The notes beneath the pieces are model-generated. The model was not told the origin of the DNA. It did no database searches and saw nothing but the letters and a program-made list of their open reading frames with translations. Both the position numbers and the translations under genes were made by a program. DNA of 64,000 nucleotides, taken from contig JBAYLF010000001.1 of the NCBI GenBank assembly GCA_041664205.1, positions 3,380 through 67,379 of the forward strand. Direction: 5' to 3'. How positions within the stretch are numbered: the stretch's first letter is position 1; each line of letters opens with the position of its first letter. This DNA comes from Minisyncoccota bacterium. Its GTDB lineage: Bacteria; Patescibacteriota; Minisyncoccia; Phycocordibacterales; JBAYLF01. Shown one piece after another: positions 60,022-64,000 of the stretch.

Positions 60022-61950
60022 CTAATGTTGAACAATATCATCTTGAGGAGAAAATTGAGGATCACTATTTATTCGTGTGGATAATACTTGAGTTTTAGTT
60101 GATAGATCAACTCCAGTAAACCTATCCGTTCCACTAAGAACAATACCGCTAATAAGACTGGGCGCCGTTCCAACCTGGCTTGCGCTAGCAGTAAAAGACA
60201 CCTGGAAACTTACAGTTCTTGGTGGCAAAGAAAATCCTGTTCCAGCTTTCACTTCTCCAACATTCCAGGTTATTTGTCTGTTAGCTGGATCGAAAGATAT
60301 TTTTTCATCAGAAGGATAGCTCTTTGATGTCCAATTTACATACACAGGTAAAGTAGCAACAACTTTTGCATTCGAAACATAGTTCGTAGTATTTGTTACA
60401 GTCCATGTAGCTGTATAGGAAGTTAATTGATCAACTTTAGGTGGTATTGGTCCAGTATTCTCAAATGCACCAACAAAGTGAACCATATTAGAAGTTAGGG
60501 CAAGATTAGTAGAGAATTTAACAATTTTAGTTATTGTTGAATATATATCTTCTGGAACGCCAGATTCTGAAAGTCTTTTGCCGTGAATATTAACATCTAT
60601 CTGTATTTGAGGATTTCTCATATTATTTCCTTCTTCGGTTGCAGATTGTGAACCTGCAAAGTTAAAACCAGCAGAACCTGATTCATTCGTTGCAAGTTCG
60701 CTTAATTGAACATAATTATCTTTATTCCATGTAATTATATTATCTTGAGAACTATAATAACCTCCCTGAGAAGTAACCATTGTTTTATTCAACATACTTC
60801 CGCTAAATTTAAGCTGAATAATTAAATCTGTAATTTTTTCCGGCAAATTATTTTTCCACTTTAAAAGTCCCTTTATAGTTTTGTCAGCTACCGCAATATG
60901 TTCTGATGATTGATCTTCATCAATACCCATAGACAACGCAAGAAATGGTTTGCTTATCAAAATACTTTGAGCAACCGATGTAAACACGGAACTAATAACT
61001 TTCTGATCATTAGGACTTTGATTACCCACAGTGAAAGTAAAAATCTTTTCCTCTTCATCCTGACCTACTATTTTTCCTGTTATCTTGATAGTGCGTTTAC
61101 CTTTTGGTTCAAGATCACCAATATTCCATATTGAATCACCAAACTCTGGTTTAGGAGAAGTATTGCCTAAAGTAAAACCGAAAGGATAGCGAACTTGAAG
61201 AAGTAAGTTCTTCATAGTAACTGAAGAATTTGATGAAATCGTAACTTCTATGCTCGCATCTTGATTTGAATACGTTTCTTTCAATGAAGAGACTGAAACT
61301 GTTATAGGCGAAGTTCCTATTGCTACATCGTAAGATGTGCTCTTTTGAAAAACTGCATTTGAACCTGGCACACGATATGTAAGAGTTACTTTGACTGGCT
61401 TCTTTTCTCCTTCTTCTCCAAAAATAAGTGCTTTTATTGTGCGTCTGGCTGTTTCGCCTGATTTGATAGTCCCTAAATCATCTTGAAATCTTAAATAATC
61501 TTCATTAGCGTTTTCTGCTCTTTTTGTTCCGTCAGGAAACTCAACATTAAGATCAACGAGCTGGAGATCAATCGAATTGCGATTATCTACTAAAATATCT
61601 AAAGGTAATTCATCGCCTCCAGAAACAGAAGTTGGGCCAATTACAGAAATATCTATATTATTAACAGAAACTTTATTATTACCATTGAAGAAAATAAAAA
61701 AACTCACTGTGACTGAAATCACAAAAAATACAATCGATAAAGTAAGGATTTTTTTGAAAATTGATGGACCCACAGTTTCTTCTACTGTATTTTCAACAGC
61801 TTCGTTAATATTAATATCATTCCAGTCACTAGAAACATTTTCTGTTTTCTTCCTGAGAAAGCCTTTGTTCATAAAAGACAAAGCTTTTTCTTTACGAGAA
61901 TAAAGATTAGTTTTTATATGTTCTAGTCTGCTTTTTTTATCTCCATCCAT
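60022..61950 (-). CDS. Membrane-anchored protein with tandem Ig-like (DUF11-like) domains
   Basis: Single TM followed by repeated beta modules ending in WNIGDL, WNKD and WNVGEV. Confidence 0.75.
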   Translation of the reverse strand: MDGDKKSRLEHIKTNLYSRKEKALSFMNKGFLRKKTENVSSDWNDININEAVENTVEETVGPSIFKKILTLSIVFFVISVTVSFFIFFNGNNKVSVNNIDISVIGPTSVSGGDELPLDILVDNRNSIDLQLVDLNVEFPDGTKRAENANEDYLRFQDDLGTIKSGETARRTIKALIFGEEGEKKPVKVTLTYRVPGSNAVFQKSTSYDVAIGTSPITVSVSSLKETYSNQDASIEVTISSNSSVTMKNLLLQVRYPFGFTLGNTSPKPEFGDSIWNIGDLEPKGKRTIKITGKIVGQDEEEKIFTFTVGNQSPNDQKVISSVFTSVAQSILISKPFLALSMGIDEDQSSEHIAVADKTIKGLLKWKNNLPEKITDLIIQLKFSGSMLNKTMVTSQGGYYSSQDNIITWNKDNYVQLSELATNESGSAGFNFAGSQSATEEGNNMRNPQIQIDVNIHGKRLSESGVPEDIYSTITKIVKFSTNLALTSNMVHFVGAFENTGPIPPKVDQLTSYTATWTVTNTTNYVSNAKVVATLPVYVNWTSKSYPSDEKISFDPANRQITWNVGEVKAGTGFSLPPRTVSFQVSFTASASQVGTAPSLISGIVLSGTDRFTGVDLSTKTQVLSTRINSDPQFSPQDDIVQH

Positions 61951-61989
61951 GCTCTAAATTATATCACAATTATTTTTGTGTAACGTAAA

Positions 61990-62580
61990 TTACAAGTGAC
62001 TTTCTCTCATCGCTTTATTAATGGCTTGAATAATAGGTTTATTTTGAATTTTTACATCACTAAATAGTGTTTCTCCCCAATCATCATTGATCAGTTTTTC
62101 TATACCGCTAAAATTTTCTATGTATCCCAAATTATTAAATATTCGCAACAGCAAAACGCATTCAAAATTTTTAAGATTATCCTTAGATAAATTATTATCT
62201 TTCAAATAATTAAAAGCATTAAGTAGTATCTCGAACAGTTCGCTATTTTTTTCCTGTTCAGGAATAAATCGTCGAAGAAGATCGAAAACTCGAGCTATAA
62301 AAATAATTTTTTCTTTATCATTTTCACATTCTCTGTATAAATTATATTCACATTCGGCACTCGTTATCCTCCACAAATTTTTTCCCCTCACAAGTGAAAC
62401 ACTGCTAAAGGAAAAATCTATAAGATTTCCTTTGAGTTTGGATTTAATATCTCTTACGCTTTGGGCTTTTCCATATATCATACCGAGCTCGCGCGTAAAA
62501 ATATAAAAATATTTATTTGAATCATCTACATTCCTGTTTCCAAGAACAAATCCTTTAGTTTTATAAATATGATACGACAT
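61990..62580 (-). CDS. recO: DNA repair protein RecO (short form)
   Basis: TKGFVLG...IFTRELGMIYGKAQSVR...SKL OB fold. Confidence 0.85.
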   Translation of the reverse strand: MSYHIYKTKGFVLGNRNVDDSNKYFYIFTRELGMIYGKAQSVRDIKSKLKGNLIDFSFSSVSLVRGKNLWRITSAECEYNLYRECENDKEKIIFIARVFDLLRRFIPEQEKNSELFEILLNAFNYLKDNNLSKDNLKNFECVLLLRIFNNLGYIENFSGIEKLINDDWGETLFSDVKIQNKPIIQAINKAMRESHL

Positions 62581-62727
62581 AAATTTGAGATTATTCTAAC
62601 ACAAAAAAAGACCCTCAGTCTGCCGAAGCAAATTGAGGGTCAAATGGTTAGAGAATTTAGAAATAATAAATATTCAAAAATTCTAAACCAAAATAATTAC
62701 CTTGCTAAATGAGGTGAAGATTTAATA

Positions 62728-62910
62728 TCATTTAGATTGACGACCTTTTTTATTCCAATCCCGATTTACCATAACCAAATCGCCAAACTCGTCAAAAATA
62801 TAGTCACAAGCAGATTCTTTCCCTGGAGCAAGAGCAAACTTACGATTTTGACAATTTTGAATACCCAAAAAAATGCAAATCCTACTTATAATTGTTTTCT
62901 TATGTTTCAT
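62728..62910 (-). CDS. Possible small hypothetical protein
   Basis: 60-aa ATG ORF preceded by a hairpin-containing leader and followed by a terminator at ~62604-62642. Confidence 0.4.
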   Translation of the reverse strand: MKHKKTIISRICIFLGIQNCQNRKFALAPGKESACDYIFDEFGDLVMVNRDWNKKGRQSK

Positions 62911-63109
62911 AATTATTCTTTCTTTGATGTTGTTTAATTTTTGCTAAGTAGTTACCACATTGGTAGTCATAGCCAAAAAATCTCAAACTTTAAGACCTTT
63001 TGGCTATGACTATTTTTTCACAAGTAATTTAAAAGAACTTCAATTAAGATATAACAAAATAGACCTTATGTCAAAGAAACATAAGATCTATTCGTAGCCA
63101 AACAAAAAC

Positions 63110-64000
63110 CTATTTAATGATTTTTATTTTAAGCTTAGTGCCAGCAATGTCTGTTTCCTCTCCTTCGGAAGATGCAATAAATTGAATTTCTTTAAGACCT
63201 GTGAGTTTGGAAATTTCAGCTTTAAAACTTTCAATTAACGATTTTCCTTTTTCATCAGTTTCAATAAGTAGCACGACTTTATCAGAAGGGTTAAGTCCTT
63301 CTTTCTTTCTCAAGTCTTGAATGAAACGTACGAGATCACGCATCTCGCCTTCTTTTTTAAGTTCGTCTGTTATTACAATATCTAATTCAACTTCTTCTTT
63401 TATAGAAGCATCAGACAAAACTTCTTTAACATTAATTTCGTCTTTTATTAGATTTACCAATTCATTATTCTTTTGAATTTCTGCTTTTAGATCTTTGACT
63501 TTAAGAGATACTAGAGGTTGTCTGACTTTTATTTTTGATTTTGCTCTAGCTTCCAAGCCTAATGAAACAATTTTTCTAACCTCCTGCATTTCTTCAATAA
63601 CAGCTTCTTGATTTTCGTCGTTCATACTTTGCCAATCTTCAAGATGAACGCTCAAAAGCGAGCCACCTGCTCGTTTATAAACATCTTCAGCAATAAACGG
63701 AGTAAACGGCGCCATCATTTTTGAAAGTTCTAACAAAACATATTGTATTGTTTCAAGCGCGACTTTTTTATCTTCCTTATCATCTCCTTTGAAACGTTCT
63801 CGAGATCGTCTCAAATACCAAGTTGAAAGATCATCAACAAAATCTGCAAATGGTCGCGCAGCGCGATCCAACTCAAAATTCTCAAGTTCTTTTGTAACTT
63901 GAATATTTAATTCGGATAATCTAGCCAAAATCCAAACATCCAAAACATTTTTACTCTGTGATTTTGATTTTAGATTTTCCGATCCTGCTTCTTTGTAGAG
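63110..64000 (-). CDS. ileS: Isoleucine--tRNA ligase, C-terminal part (type 2); continues beyond the window
   Basis: LDVWIL, LSTWYLRRSRERF, MAPFTPF, SVHLEDW, IKVRQPL, EGEMRDLVRFIQDLRK; frame open to the window edge. Confidence 0.93.
   Translation of the reverse strand, partial: LYKEAGSENLKSKSQSKNVLDVWILARLSELNIQVTKELENFELDRAARPFADFVDDLSTWYLRRSRERFKGDDKEDKKVALETIQYVLLELSKMMAPFTPFIAEDVYKRAGGSLLSVHLEDWQSMNDENQEAVIEEMQEVRKIVSLGLEARAKSKIKVRQPLVSLKVKDLKAEIQKNNELVNLIKDEINVKEVLSDASIKEEVELDIVITDELKKEGEMRDLVRFIQDLRKKEGLNPSDKVVLLIETDEKGKSLIESFKAEISKLTGLKEIQFIASSEGEETDIAGTKLKIKIIK

Noticed and set aside
1-64000. Alternative genetic code (UGA = Gly, as in Gracilibacteria/Absconditabacteria)
   Set aside because: Long conserved genes are intact under code 11 with no in-frame TGA.

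Overview
AT-rich chromosomal segment using the standard genetic code (TGA = stop). Gene content points to a Patescibacteria/CPR bacterium, most likely Parcubacteria (inference). It contains a type IV pilus locus (three pilins, pilC, pilT, receiver protein, pilB, pilP-like, pilO, pilN, pilM) with comF; metK under a SAM-I riboswitch; malic enzyme, recG, ftsH, smpB plus tmRNA, infC-rpmI-rplT, ftsK, recA, efp, rpsF-ssb-rpsR, tatD, metG, glyQS, recO and partial ileS; two large surface proteins; tRNA-Ser(GCT), tRNA-Ile(TAT) and a probable 6S RNA. No CRISPR array, rRNA, integrase or transposase is visible. The most unusual signals are non-coding: (1) a ~450 bp integrase-free GIY-YIG nuclease cassette at the tmRNA 3' end, with a 15-bp direct repeat and paired palindromes; (2) an inverted copy of the tRNA-Ser 3' end; (3) two families of palindromic miniature elements showing compensatory changes; (4) a dense TGTCYKWTA array around a winged-helix gene divergent from ftsK; (5) a ~570-nt structured leader on the S-layer-like gene; (6) perfect DnaA boxes at surface-gene promoters; (7) widespread leaderless-type promoter architecture.
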